From positions 31,665 to 95,664 of the forward strand of contig WOZK01000012.1 of NCBI GenBank assembly GCA_011620275.1: a stretch of 64,000 nucleotides of DNA, read 5' to 3'. Below are positions 13,735 to 21,960 of this stretch, one piece after another. Made by a program: the position numbers and the translations under genes. The notes beneath the pieces are model-generated. The model was given only the letters and a program-made list of their open reading frames with translations. It was not told where the DNA came from and ran no database searches. The stretch is from Candidatus Omnitrophota bacterium (GTDB lineage Bacteria > Omnitrophota > Gorgyraeia > Gygaellales > Profunditerraquicolaceae). The first letter of the stretch is position 1. Each line of letters begins with the position of its first letter.

Positions 13735-14130
13735 TTATTTCAGTTCGACGGTCGCTCCGGCGGCCTCGAGTTTCTTCTTCATCTCCTCGGCTTCTTCTTT
13801 GTTGACCCCTTCCTTGACGGTCTTGGGAGCGCCGTCCACGAGATCCTTGGCTTCCTTCAGGCCGAGGTTGGTAATAGTCCTTACTTCCTTGATGACGGCT
13901 ATCTTGTTCGCACCCGAAGCGGTGAGGACGACGTTGAACGACGTTTTCTCTTCCGCGGGAGCGGCTCCGCCCGCTGCGGCTCCGCCTGCTGCGGGCGCCA
14001 TCATCATCGGCATATTGGCCTGGACGCCGAATTTATCTTCCAGCGCCTTGACCAATTCTGAAAGTTCCAGCACCGTCAACCCTTCTATCGTCTTGATCAT
14101 CTCTTCCAGTTTCTCGCTTGCCATTTCCAT
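13735..14130 (-). CDS. rplL: 50S ribosomal protein L7/L12
   Basis: 131 aa; Ala/Gly-rich hinge and [13 protein letters not shown]-terminal domain. Confidence 0.95.
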   Translation of the reverse strand: MEMASEKLEEMIKTIEGLTVLELSELVKALEDKFGVQANMPMMMAPAAGGAAAGGAAPAEEKTSFNVVLTASGANKIAVIKEVRTITNLGLKEAKDLVDGAPKTVKEGVNKEEAEEMKKKLEAAGATVELK

Positions 14131-14170
14131 TCCTCCTTGTTTTTCGCTAATCGGCAGCCGGCCGCGCCAA

Positions 14171-14707
14171 CTAAGCGGCGGCAGACTTTTTCTGCTTTAT
14201 TTGTTCGACACAGTAAACGAACTTCTTCAACGTCTGGTTAAGCACCATGACGATGCCCGTAATCGGCGACTTGAGCGCCATGACCGTCTTGACGCGCAGC
14301 ATCTCTTTCGAAGGCAGTTTGGAGAGTTCCAGTACCTCGGCGGCAGTGAGAGGCTTGCCGAAGAGAAAACCCGCTTCTATTTTCAAGGGCTCGTGTTCCT
14401 TCGCGAAACCGCAAAGCGTTTTCGAAACGGCCACCGCGTCTTCTCCCGAGACAACGAGACCACAGGGACCTTCGACGGAAACGGCGAGCGCGTCCTGCCC
14501 GGAATCCTTGAACACGCGCCTGGCTACGCTATTCTTCACCACCTGCAGCTTGGCTCCGGTATCGTTAAGGGACTGCCTTAAAACCGACATCTCCGGTGAG
14601 GACAGGCCGGAATATTTGACTATAAAAAATCCGGCGTCCGGGGCGCTGATATTATCCTTGATGATCTTGCCGGACGTCTCCTTTATTATCAGGCTGATTT
14701 TCTTCAT
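14171..14707 (-). CDS. rplJ: 50S ribosomal protein L10
   Basis: 178 aa; lies between L1 and L7/L12. Confidence 0.9.
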   Translation of the reverse strand: MKKISLIIKETSGKIIKDNISAPDAGFFIVKYSGLSSPEMSVLRQSLNDTGAKLQVVKNSVARRVFKDSGQDALAVSVEGPCGLVVSGEDAVAVSKTLCGFAKEHEPLKIEAGFLFGKPLTAAEVLELSKLPSKEMLRVKTVMALKSPITGIVMVLNQTLKKFVYCVEQIKQKKSAAA

Positions 14708-15384
14708 ATCGCAACCCTCATACCCGGATTCATTGTGGAAGAGACCGCGAAAGCCTTCACGAATTTTCCTTTTACCGAACCCGGTTTAGCCTCATTTATC
14801 GCGTCTATCACGCAATTCGCGTTCTCCAAAAGCTGCTCTTCGCTAAACGACAACTTACCAGCCGAGAGATGTATCCCGCCCTGCTTGTCCACGCGGAACT
14901 CCACCTTCCCCTTGCGCACGTCCCGGATCGCTTTCGCGACGTCGGTGGTGACCGTTCCGGTCTTGGGGCTGGGCATCAGGCCTTTGGGACCGAGGATCTT
15001 GCCCAGTTTGCTCAAATCCTTCATCATATCCGGTGTGGCGATAACACAGTCGAAATCCAGGAAACCGGCGGCGACCTTCTCCATCAGATCTCCGGCACCG
15101 ACGTAATCGGCCTGGGCGTCCCTGGCGTCCCGCTCCTGCTCCCCCTTGCAGAACACGGCGATCTTCACTTTCCTGCCCGTGCCGTGCGGAAGCAGCACGG
15201 TGCCGCGGATCATCTGGTCGGATTTCTTGGTATCCACGTTAAGGTTGAAATGCAGGTCCAGGGACCCGGAGAATTTCGGCTGGGCCAGCGACTTAAGAAG
15301 GCTCACCGCTTCCTTAAGCGTGTAGACCTTGTCCTTATTCACTAGTTTCTCGGTTGTCTGGTATCTCTTGCTGCGCTTTTTCAT
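14704..15384 (-). CDS. rplA: 50S ribosomal protein L1
   Basis: 226 aa; L1 family sequence; overlaps the rplJ start by 4 nt, leaving no L10 leader. Confidence 0.94.
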   Translation of the reverse strand: MKKRSKRYQTTEKLVNKDKVYTLKEAVSLLKSLAQPKFSGSLDLHFNLNVDTKKSDQMIRGTVLLPHGTGRKVKIAVFCKGEQERDARDAQADYVGAGDLMEKVAAGFLDFDCVIATPDMMKDLSKLGKILGPKGLMPSPKTGTVTTDVAKAIRDVRKGKVEFRVDKQGGIHLSAGKLSFSEEQLLENANCVIDAINEAKPGSVKGKFVKAFAVSSTMNPGMRVAI

Positions 15385-15385
15385 A

Positions 15386-15814
15386 TTATTGCTCGACTTC
15401 TATGCCCATGCTCCTGGCCGTTCCCGCGATGATCTTGCGCGCGGCCTCAAGACTTTTGGTGTTCAGATCGGGCATCTTCTGTTTGGCGATCTCCTCGACT
15501 TGTTTTTGGTTTATCTTGCCTATGATCTCTTTTCCGGCTGTCGCGGAGGCCTTCGCCAAGTTGGCCGCCCTCTTGATGAGAACGGAAGACGGCGGACTCT
15601 TTATTATAAAGGTAAAGGATTTGTCCTCGTAAACGCTGATGACTACCGGAAGGATTAAACCGTCCCTTCCCTTGGTCTGTTCGTTGAACTGTTTGCAGAA
15701 CTGCATTATATTCACACCGTGCTGCCCCAGGGCCGGGCCTACCGGCGGCGCCGGATTGGCGGCGCCTGCGGGAACGTGCAATTTGATCTGAGCGGTAACT
15801 TTCTTTCCAGCCAT
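15386..15814 (-). CDS. rplK: 50S ribosomal protein L11
   Basis: 142 aa; [22 protein letters not shown] motif. Confidence 0.96.
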   Translation of the reverse strand: MAGKKVTAQIKLHVPAGAANPAPPVGPALGQHGVNIMQFCKQFNEQTKGRDGLILPVVISVYEDKSFTFIIKSPPSSVLIKRAANLAKASATAGKEIIGKINQKQVEEIAKQKMPDLNTKSLEAARKIIAGTARSMGIEVEQ

Positions 15815-15816
15815 GG

Positions 15817-16344
15817 CTAAACCTTCTCCACTTGCCAGTATTCCAGTTCGACCGGAGTGGACCGCCCGAATATGGAGATACTGACCTTGATTTTACCCTT
15901 TTCAGGGTGAACTTCCTCTATGGTACCGTTGAAATTGACGAAAGGCCCTTCCGTTACCCTGACCTGCTCGCCTTTTTCGAAAATTATCTTGGGGCTGGGC
16001 TTGCTCTGCGTCTCCTCCGTGCGCTTAAGTATGCTGTCTACTTCCTTCTGCGGCAGCGGCATCGGCTTTTTGCCCAATCCGATGAAACCGGTCACGCCCG
16101 GCGTAGTTTTTATCAGCAAATGCGTGGCGTCATTAAGCTCCATCTCCACCATTAGGTAACCGGGAAAGAATTTTCTCTGGGAAAGCCTCTTCTTGCCGGA
16201 ACGGATCTCGGAGATCTGTTCCGTGGGGATGACGATGCCGCTTATCTGCTCCTGCAAACCGCTGGAAGCGACGCGCGTCTCGAGCAGCGCCCTTACTTTT
16301 TCCTCGAACCCTGTCTGGGTGTGAACGACATACCAATTTTTCAT
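15817..16344 (-). CDS. nusG: transcription termination/antitermination factor NusG
   Basis: 175 aa; NGN domain [14 protein letters not shown] plus C-terminal KOW domain. Confidence 0.94.
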   Translation of the reverse strand: MKNWYVVHTQTGFEEKVRALLETRVASSGLQEQISGIVIPTEQISEIRSGKKRLSQRKFFPGYLMVEMELNDATHLLIKTTPGVTGFIGLGKKPMPLPQKEVDSILKRTEETQSKPSPKIIFEKGEQVRVTEGPFVNFNGTIEEVHPEKGKIKVSISIFGRSTPVELEYWQVEKV

Positions 16345-16532
16345 CTGAACATGAAGGTAACGAAACGGGTAAGGAAGAAATCGACTATGAAAATGAAAAT
16401 CGCCATAATCGCGGTAAGACCGATCACTACGCCGGTGGCTCCGATGAGCTCCTGCTTACTTGACCAGGAAACCTTGCCTAGTTCGGCTTTTACTTCCCCC
16501 AAAAATCTTGCCGGTTTATCGAATAAATTCAT
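16341..16532 (-). CDS. secE: preprotein translocase subunit SecE
   Basis: 63 aa with a single TM helix; secE-nusG adjacency. Confidence 0.85.
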   Translation of the reverse strand: MNLFDKPARFLGEVKAELGKVSWSSKQELIGATGVVIGLTAIMAIFIFIVDFFLTRFVTFMFR

Positions 16533-16568
16533 TGTTTGTTTCTGTTCTTTCTCCCGCCGCCTGATCAG

Positions 16569-16641
16569 CAGGGGCGGAGGGACTTGAACCCCCAGGACAG
16601 GATTTGGAGTCCCGCCGTTTAGCCAATTAACGGACGCCCCT
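16569..16641 (-). tRNA. tRNA-Trp (anticodon CCA)
   Basis: Manual cloverleaf: AGGGGCG acceptor, anticodon loop CUCCAAA, T-arm GGTTCAAGTCC; CCA tail not encoded. Confidence 0.85.
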
Positions 16642-16789
16642 ATTTGGTCTCTTTATGCGGCGAGTGTTTCCTGCACACCCTGCAGAACTTCTTCAGTTCG
16701 AGCTTATCCTGATGCTTTTTTTTATTTTTTGTGGTGGTGTAGTTCTTATTCTTGCAGACCGTACATTCCACCGTGATTATTTCTCGCAT
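16640..16789 (-). CDS. rpmG: 50S ribosomal protein L33
   Basis: 49 aa; hand-translated [49 protein letters not shown] with a CxxC..CxxC zinc ribbon; absent from the ORF track because it is too short. Confidence 0.85.
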   Translation of the reverse strand: MREIITVECTVCKNKNYTTTKNKKKHQDKLELKKFCRVCRKHSPHKETK

Positions 16790-16841
16790 GATTTTTCGCC
16801 TGTTTTTCTCGGTACCGGTTAAACCTTACGGGAAATTTCTA

Positions 16842-16914
16842 AGCTGGAGACGGGAATTGAACCCGTGACCCCGTCCTTACCAAGGACGTGCTCTACCAAC
16901 TGAGCTACTCCAGC
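16842..16914 (-). tRNA. tRNA-Thr (anticodon GGT)
   Basis: GCTGGAGTAGCTCAGTTGGTAGAGC D-arm, anticodon loop UUGGUAA, perfect T-stem. Confidence 0.88.
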
Positions 16915-17067
16915 GACGGGATATCACGATTGATCGCCAACTTCCGGAGAAACAAAAAAACTCACCCATTAAGAATTCCTGCGGGATTCTTAAAACTGGA
17001 AAGCCTGCGTTGATTTTATGTCCGTTATTTCTACAGGCAGTACCCTTTGGGGCGATGTAGATAGTAG

Positions 17068-17096
17068 AATATATAGTAAAAAATCTCTGTTGTCAA
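17068..17096 (-). promoter_or_regulatory. sigma70-type promoter upstream of tRNA-Thr/rpmG/tRNA-Trp/secE/nusG
   Basis: Minus-strand -35 TTGACA (17091-17096), 17-nt spacer, -10 TATATT (17068-17073); about 150 nt upstream of tRNA-Thr in an AT-rich gap. Confidence 0.5.
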
Positions 17097-17270
17097 TGTT
17101 TTTTTAATAAAATTTAATCAAACCGCAGAAATCCCCGGTTTTTTCAAGAGGGATTTTTCCGGCATCTTACGACACGGAGTTAATCAAGGAAGAAAACCCG
17201 GGCGCATGTCCTGAGCAGTTCGACAGGCTCACTACTGAAGCCCGTCGAAGGATCAGCCCGGAGAGCTTCA

Positions 17271-18122
17271 TTAGGCGGGACCGGGTGGCGGCCTAGCGGA
17301 GGAATTTTTACGCAGGGTTAAGGAGTATTTCGCAAGTTCTATGAAATCGGCCGGAGAAAGAACCTCTCCCCTGGCCTGGGCGGGTATCCCCTTATCCTGC
17401 AGGAAACGCTCCAATTTTTCGCGCTCTATGAAGTCTTTAAGGGTATTCTTCAGCATTTTCCGCCTTTGCCCGAACGCGGCCGCAGCCAGACGGAAAAAAA
17501 TCTTTTGCGCTTCCCCTTCCAGCGGCAGGGTTTTTTTGGGAATAAGCCTAACGAAACAGGAATCCACCTTGGGCACAGGGTAAAAACAGGAGTTCTTTAT
17601 CTTAAAAAACACCGCGGCATCGCCGTAATACTGCGCGAAAAGACTCAAGGGGCCATATTCATCGCTTCCGGCCTGCGCGCATAACCTTTGACCATACTCC
17701 AGCTGCACGGTAAGATAGATCTCCGAAACCAGCCCCCGGCCCTCAAGCAGAAGTTTTTCCAGGATGGGGGAAGCGATATAATAAGGAATATTACCTACCG
17801 CCTTCAGCCCTCTCTCTCCGCCCGCGGAGAAAGAGTCGTAAAGAGACCGTATGTTAAGCTTCAGGATGTCCGAGTTGATCACCCGGACGTTGTCCCTGCC
17901 GGACACCACACGGCCGAGCTCCGGGAGCAGGTCGCAGTCTATTTCCACCGCCGCGACCTCGGCAGCCGTCTCGGCCAGCAGAGTTGTCAACTCGCCCATG
18001 CCCGCCCCGATTTCCAGCACGCGGTCTCCGCGTTCCAAACCGCAGGCGGACGCGACCCTTCTCAACACGTTCCTGTCCACCAGGAAATTCTGCCCTAGTT
18101 TCTTTTTAGGTTTAATGCGCAT
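17271..18122 (-). CDS. rsmA: 16S rRNA (adenine1518/1519-N6)-dimethyltransferase
   Basis: KLGQNFLVD..VLEIGAGMGELT SAM-binding motifs; start at MRIKPKK (ATG at 18120-18122). Confidence 0.9.
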   Translation of the reverse strand: MRIKPKKKLGQNFLVDRNVLRRVASACGLERGDRVLEIGAGMGELTTLLAETAAEVAAVEIDCDLLPELGRVVSGRDNVRVINSDILKLNIRSLYDSFSAGGERGLKAVGNIPYYIASPILEKLLLEGRGLVSEIYLTVQLEYGQRLCAQAGSDEYGPLSLFAQYYGDAAVFFKIKNSCFYPVPKVDSCFVRLIPKKTLPLEGEAQKIFFRLAAAAFGQRRKMLKNTLKDFIEREKLERFLQDKGIPAQARGEVLSPADFIELAKYSLTLRKNSSARPPPGPA

Positions 18123-19051
18123 TTTACCGCCAGCCGCACGGCGCACGCCAGAGAAGAAGGGTCTTCTAAACCCGGTCTGTCCGCGATATCGAAAGCAGTG
18201 CCGTGCAAAGGTGAAGTCCGAACGTATGGAAGCCCGATTGTAAGATTGACGCCGGAACCGGCTCCGGTAATTTTCAAAGGAATCATTGCCTGGTCGTGAT
18301 ACATCGCTACCACGCAGTCGTATCTGCCGCTGAGCGCCCGCGCAATGGCCGTGTCCGCGGCAAGCGGACCGTCTATCCCGCCGAACTTCAAACGCAGGCG
18401 GGCGGTTTCGGGAGCGAGCAGACGGACTTCTTCGTCGCCTATTACGCCGTTATCGCCTGCGTGCGGATTGACACCGCAGACCGCCAGCCGCGGAGAGGCG
18501 ATACGAAACATCCCTTTCAGGCAACGCCGCACGGAGGTCACCGCCGAGGTAAGCCTTCCCGGTTTTATGGCCTGCGCGGCTTTCCGCAGCGGCAGATGCC
18601 TGGTGAGAACGACAAAACGCAGTTTATCGTTAAGCAGCAGCATCTCCGCTTCCGCCGTCCCCGACTTCCAGGCCAGGTATTCGGTATGTCCCGGCCATTT
18701 GAAACCGGCGGCATTGACCGCTTCCTTGGAGATGGGACAGGTAACCAGACAGTCATATCTGCCGGCGGAGAGTCCTGCACAAGCGGCCTCAAGGTATTCC
18801 ATACAGGCGCGCCCGTTGAGCGGGCTGATCCTGCCGAAAGAAAAGCCTTTTGCCGGGACATTATCCAGGTCTTCCAAACGGACGCCTTGCGGCAGTCCGT
18901 AACCGCGCGGCAGCATGGAAAGGACACGCGCGCTGCCGATCACCGTGAAATCAGCCCGCAGGCGGCAGTCCCTTAAAGCCCTGCCGATTATGCCGGGACC
19001 GATTCCGGAAGGGTCGCCCATCGTGACGCACACTCTTATTCTTCCTGCCAT
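18095..19051 (-). CDS. pdxA: 4-hydroxythreonine-4-phosphate dehydrogenase
   Basis: VTMGDPSGIGPGII N-terminus and HAGDNG motif; lies between surA and ksgA as in E. coli. Confidence 0.85.
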   Translation of the reverse strand: MAGRIRVCVTMGDPSGIGPGIIGRALRDCRLRADFTVIGSARVLSMLPRGYGLPQGVRLEDLDNVPAKGFSFGRISPLNGRACMEYLEAACAGLSAGRYDCLVTCPISKEAVNAAGFKWPGHTEYLAWKSGTAEAEMLLLNDKLRFVVLTRHLPLRKAAQAIKPGRLTSAVTSVRRCLKGMFRIASPRLAVCGVNPHAGDNGVIGDEEVRLLAPETARLRLKFGGIDGPLAADTAIARALSGRYDCVVAMYHDQAMIPLKITGAGSGVNLTIGLPYVRTSPLHGTAFDIADRPGLEDPSSLACAVRLAVKCALNLKRN

Positions 19052-19073
19052 GGTTTCCGCCGACCGGGGATTC

Positions 19074-19967
19074 TTATTCAACAACATTTATTTTAATGTA
19101 GGCCTTCGCCTTCAATTTATCCAGCCAGGAGGCCAGCCCTTCCTGGAATTTCCTCGTGAAAAGTATATCCCGGATCTCCTCTCTGACTTCATCCAGCTTT
19201 TGGCTGCGCGGTTCGACGATACCGGTGACCCTGAAAACGTAAAACTCGTTCTCCGCCTTCAACGGATAAGAAAACTCGCCGGTCTTTAAGCTGAAGACCA
19301 CGTCCTCGATGTTCTTTTTAAACTGCCCGTTCTTAAATAACTGCAGCGTGCCGGGAGTCACCCCGGCGGCGGCGGCGGCTTCCCCGAATCCTTTTGCGTC
19401 CTTTAAAGCGGCATAGAACTTCGCCGCTTTGTCTTCTTCCCGGGTAACGATATATTCCACGCTGCGCTGCTCAGGCAGTTCAAACAGCTTCTTATCCTCC
19501 TCGAAATACGAAGTTATCTCCTGCGGATCAACGTTGACCCTGCTCTTTACCTGCTTATTTATAACCTCGTACATCAGCATCTGTTCCCTGATTTTCTCCT
19601 CGAGGTCCGACTGGACGAGCCCCTGCTCCAGCAAAGTCTGCTGGAACACCGCCTCGGAAGGATATTTGCTTTTTATATCCTCCACCCTGGCCTTGACCCG
19701 CGCTTCATCGGCTTTTAGCCCGCTTCTCCTGGCCTCCTGAAGTATCAACCGGTCTTCTATAAGCTTGAACAGCAGTTCCTGCCTGCTCTTAGCCCGGGCA
19801 CCCTGCTCCTGCATGCCGGCGAACGCGACGTAATCGTTCAACTCCTTGAGAGTAATTATATCCTTGTTCACTATCGCGGCGATACTGTCCGGCGCCGCGC
19901 AGGAAGAACCCGGGACAAGGAATAAAACCAGCATTATGATCGCGCCTATCGATTTATTGAATCTCAT
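19074..19967 (-). CDS. SurA-like periplasmic chaperone/peptidyl-prolyl isomerase family protein
   Basis: Signal peptide MRFNKSIGAIIMLVLFLVPGSSCA followed by a SurA_N-like helical domain; the parvulin domain is not clearly seen. Confidence 0.6.
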   Translation of the reverse strand: MRFNKSIGAIIMLVLFLVPGSSCAAPDSIAAIVNKDIITLKELNDYVAFAGMQEQGARAKSRQELLFKLIEDRLILQEARRSGLKADEARVKARVEDIKSKYPSEAVFQQTLLEQGLVQSDLEEKIREQMLMYEVINKQVKSRVNVDPQEITSYFEEDKKLFELPEQRSVEYIVTREEDKAAKFYAALKDAKGFGEAAAAAGVTPGTLQLFKNGQFKKNIEDVVFSLKTGEFSYPLKAENEFYVFRVTGIVEPRSQKLDEVREEIRDILFTRKFQEGLASWLDKLKAKAYIKINVVE

Positions 19968-21903
19968 TTTCTCCCACCCCTGCTTTCTTGTAGACCGCGA
20001 CCGCTTCCCGAAGAAGCCTGCAATAAAGGTCAAAACCGACCGCCGCGATAAAACCGTGTTGTTCCAGGCCGAGCACGTTCCCGGCCCCTCTTATCTCCAA
20101 ATCTTCCATCGCTATGCTGAAACCTGCGCCAAGCTGGGAATACTTCTCTATGGCGTTCACTCTTTTGATGCCGTCGGCTCCGGCCGCCCCGGAATGCGGC
20201 AGAAGCAGATAGGCGTAGGCCTGTTTGTCGAACCTGCCCACGCGGCCGCGCAGTTGATGCAGGTCCGAGAGGCCGAAGGCATGGGCGTTGTTGATGATAA
20301 TCGTATTCGCCCTGGGAACGTCAATACCGGTCTCGATGATCATCGTGCAGAAGAGCACGTCGAACTTGCCGCCGAAGAAACCGGACACGACCGCTTCAAG
20401 CTCCGCGGCCGGCATCTGCCCGTGCCCGACCGCGCACCTGACGGAACCCGGCAGGCCGGCCGCGACCTTTTCTTTGAGTTTCTCCAGGTCGCGGATGCGG
20501 TTGTGCACGAAATAAACCTGCCCGCCCCTGCGTAGTTCAGCGGAGATCGCCTCCCGGATAAGGTCTTCGTCATATTTTACCACAACGGTCTTCACAGGCA
20601 ACCGGTTTTGAGGAGGGGTATTTATGACCGACATCTCCTTTACGTTCATCAGGCTCATATACAGCGTGCGCGGTATAGGTGTGGCTGTGAGCGTGAGGAC
20701 ATCGGTCGAGACCCTGTACATCTTCAGTTTCTCCTTCGCCCTGACCCCGAAACGCTGTTCCTCGTCTATAATCAACAGTCCCAGGTTCTTGAACTTGACG
20801 TCCTCCGAAAGCAGGCGGTGCGTGCCGATGACGATATCGGCCGCTCCGGAGGCTATCTCGGAAACTATCCCGGCCTGTTCTCCGCGGGAGCGAAAACGCG
20901 AAAGCATGCGCACGTTGAACGGAAAATCCGCCAGGCGCGAGGTAAAATTAGCGTAATGCTGCTCAGCTAAGATAGTAGTCGGCACGAGGTAAGCCACCTG
21001 CCTGCCGTCCATCACCGCCTTGAAGGCTGCGCGCATGGCGACCTCGGTCTTCCCGTAACCCACGTCACCGCAAAGCAGCCTATCCATCGGCCGGCCGGAC
21101 TCCATATCTTCTTTGACCCTGGAGACGGCCGTCGCCTGGTCCGGCGTCTCGCGGTAGGGAAAGGACCGCTCGAATTTCTTCTGCCATTCTCCGTCCGGGG
21201 AATAGGCGAACCCTTTAACGCTGCGCCGCATCGCCTCCAGCGACACCAGCTCCATGGCAAGCTTGCGCACCGCCTTCCTGGCGCGTTCCTTGACCCTCTG
21301 CCACTGCCTGCCGCCCAGACGGTAAAGCCTGGGCCTGCGCACCTGAAAGGCGATGTATTTCTGGACCAGATACATCTGCTCCACCGGGACGTAAAGTTTC
21401 TCGCTCCGGTCGTATTCTATGACCAAGTGATCGACCGGCTGTCCACCGGAAGAGATCTTTTTCATCCCCAGGAACCTGCCTATGCCGTGGCGATTATGCA
21501 CCACATAATCGCCGCGTTTCAAATCGAGGAAATTGAACAGCGGAGAGTCTTCGCCGAAGGCAACGGCGGGCAGACGCGCCTTGCCGCCGAAGGGCAGGAT
21601 GATCGCCATCCGATGTTCCCAGGTCTTCTCTCCCGTGGACGGCTCGAAGGTATAGAGCCCGGAAAGTCTGTCCAGGTCGAAATTAAGACGCAAAGGCAGT
21701 TCAAAGGTGGAGGGGAAAACGTCAATCACCTCGCCCCGGCGGGCGAAATCCCCTTCCTCCGCCACCGCGTCCTGCCGTTTATAACCGAGCCGCGCCAGCG
21801 CCGAACATATGGCCTCGGGGCCAGCGTCATAACCGGGATAAAGTTTCAGGAAATCGAAAGCGGAATCTTTTAGCTGAGCGGGACGATGATATACTGCGGG
21901 CAT
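19954..21903 (-). CDS. mfd: transcription-repair coupling factor, shortened form lacking the UvrB-homology module and the C-terminal D7 domain
   Basis: 649 aa; D3-like start RGEVIDVFP, CarD/TRCF RNAP-interaction motif, SF2 helicase motifs (GDVGYGKTEVA, DEEQRFG, QLRGRVGR) and TRG motif (GAGFSIAMEDLEIRGAGNVLG). Confidence 0.85.
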   Translation of the reverse strand: MPAVYHRPAQLKDSAFDFLKLYPGYDAGPEAICSALARLGYKRQDAVAEEGDFARRGEVIDVFPSTFELPLRLNFDLDRLSGLYTFEPSTGEKTWEHRMAIILPFGGKARLPAVAFGEDSPLFNFLDLKRGDYVVHNRHGIGRFLGMKKISSGGQPVDHLVIEYDRSEKLYVPVEQMYLVQKYIAFQVRRPRLYRLGGRQWQRVKERARKAVRKLAMELVSLEAMRRSVKGFAYSPDGEWQKKFERSFPYRETPDQATAVSRVKEDMESGRPMDRLLCGDVGYGKTEVAMRAAFKAVMDGRQVAYLVPTTILAEQHYANFTSRLADFPFNVRMLSRFRSRGEQAGIVSEIASGAADIVIGTHRLLSEDVKFKNLGLLIIDEEQRFGVRAKEKLKMYRVSTDVLTLTATPIPRTLYMSLMNVKEMSVINTPPQNRLPVKTVVVKYDEDLIREAISAELRRGGQVYFVHNRIRDLEKLKEKVAAGLPGSVRCAVGHGQMPAAELEAVVSGFFGGKFDVLFCTMIIETGIDVPRANTIIINNAHAFGLSDLHQLRGRVGRFDKQAYAYLLLPHSGAAGADGIKRVNAIEKYSQLGAGFSIAMEDLEIRGAGNVLGLEQHGFIAAVGFDLYCRLLREAVAVYKKAGVGENEIQ

Positions 21904-21960
21904 TTAGTCAAGCAGCGGCCCCCGGTTTAAAAGCCGGGGGCTCTGCGCGTAGGGAATCGA

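Noticed and set aside
19954-21960. Short Mfd as the C-terminal piece of a split or frameshifted gene
   Set aside because: Only 57 nt separate the ORF start from the secDF stop, and no upstream ORF fragment with UvrB-homology exists in any frame, so a frameshift or split within the window is not supported. Truncation by assembly error outside the window cannot be excluded.
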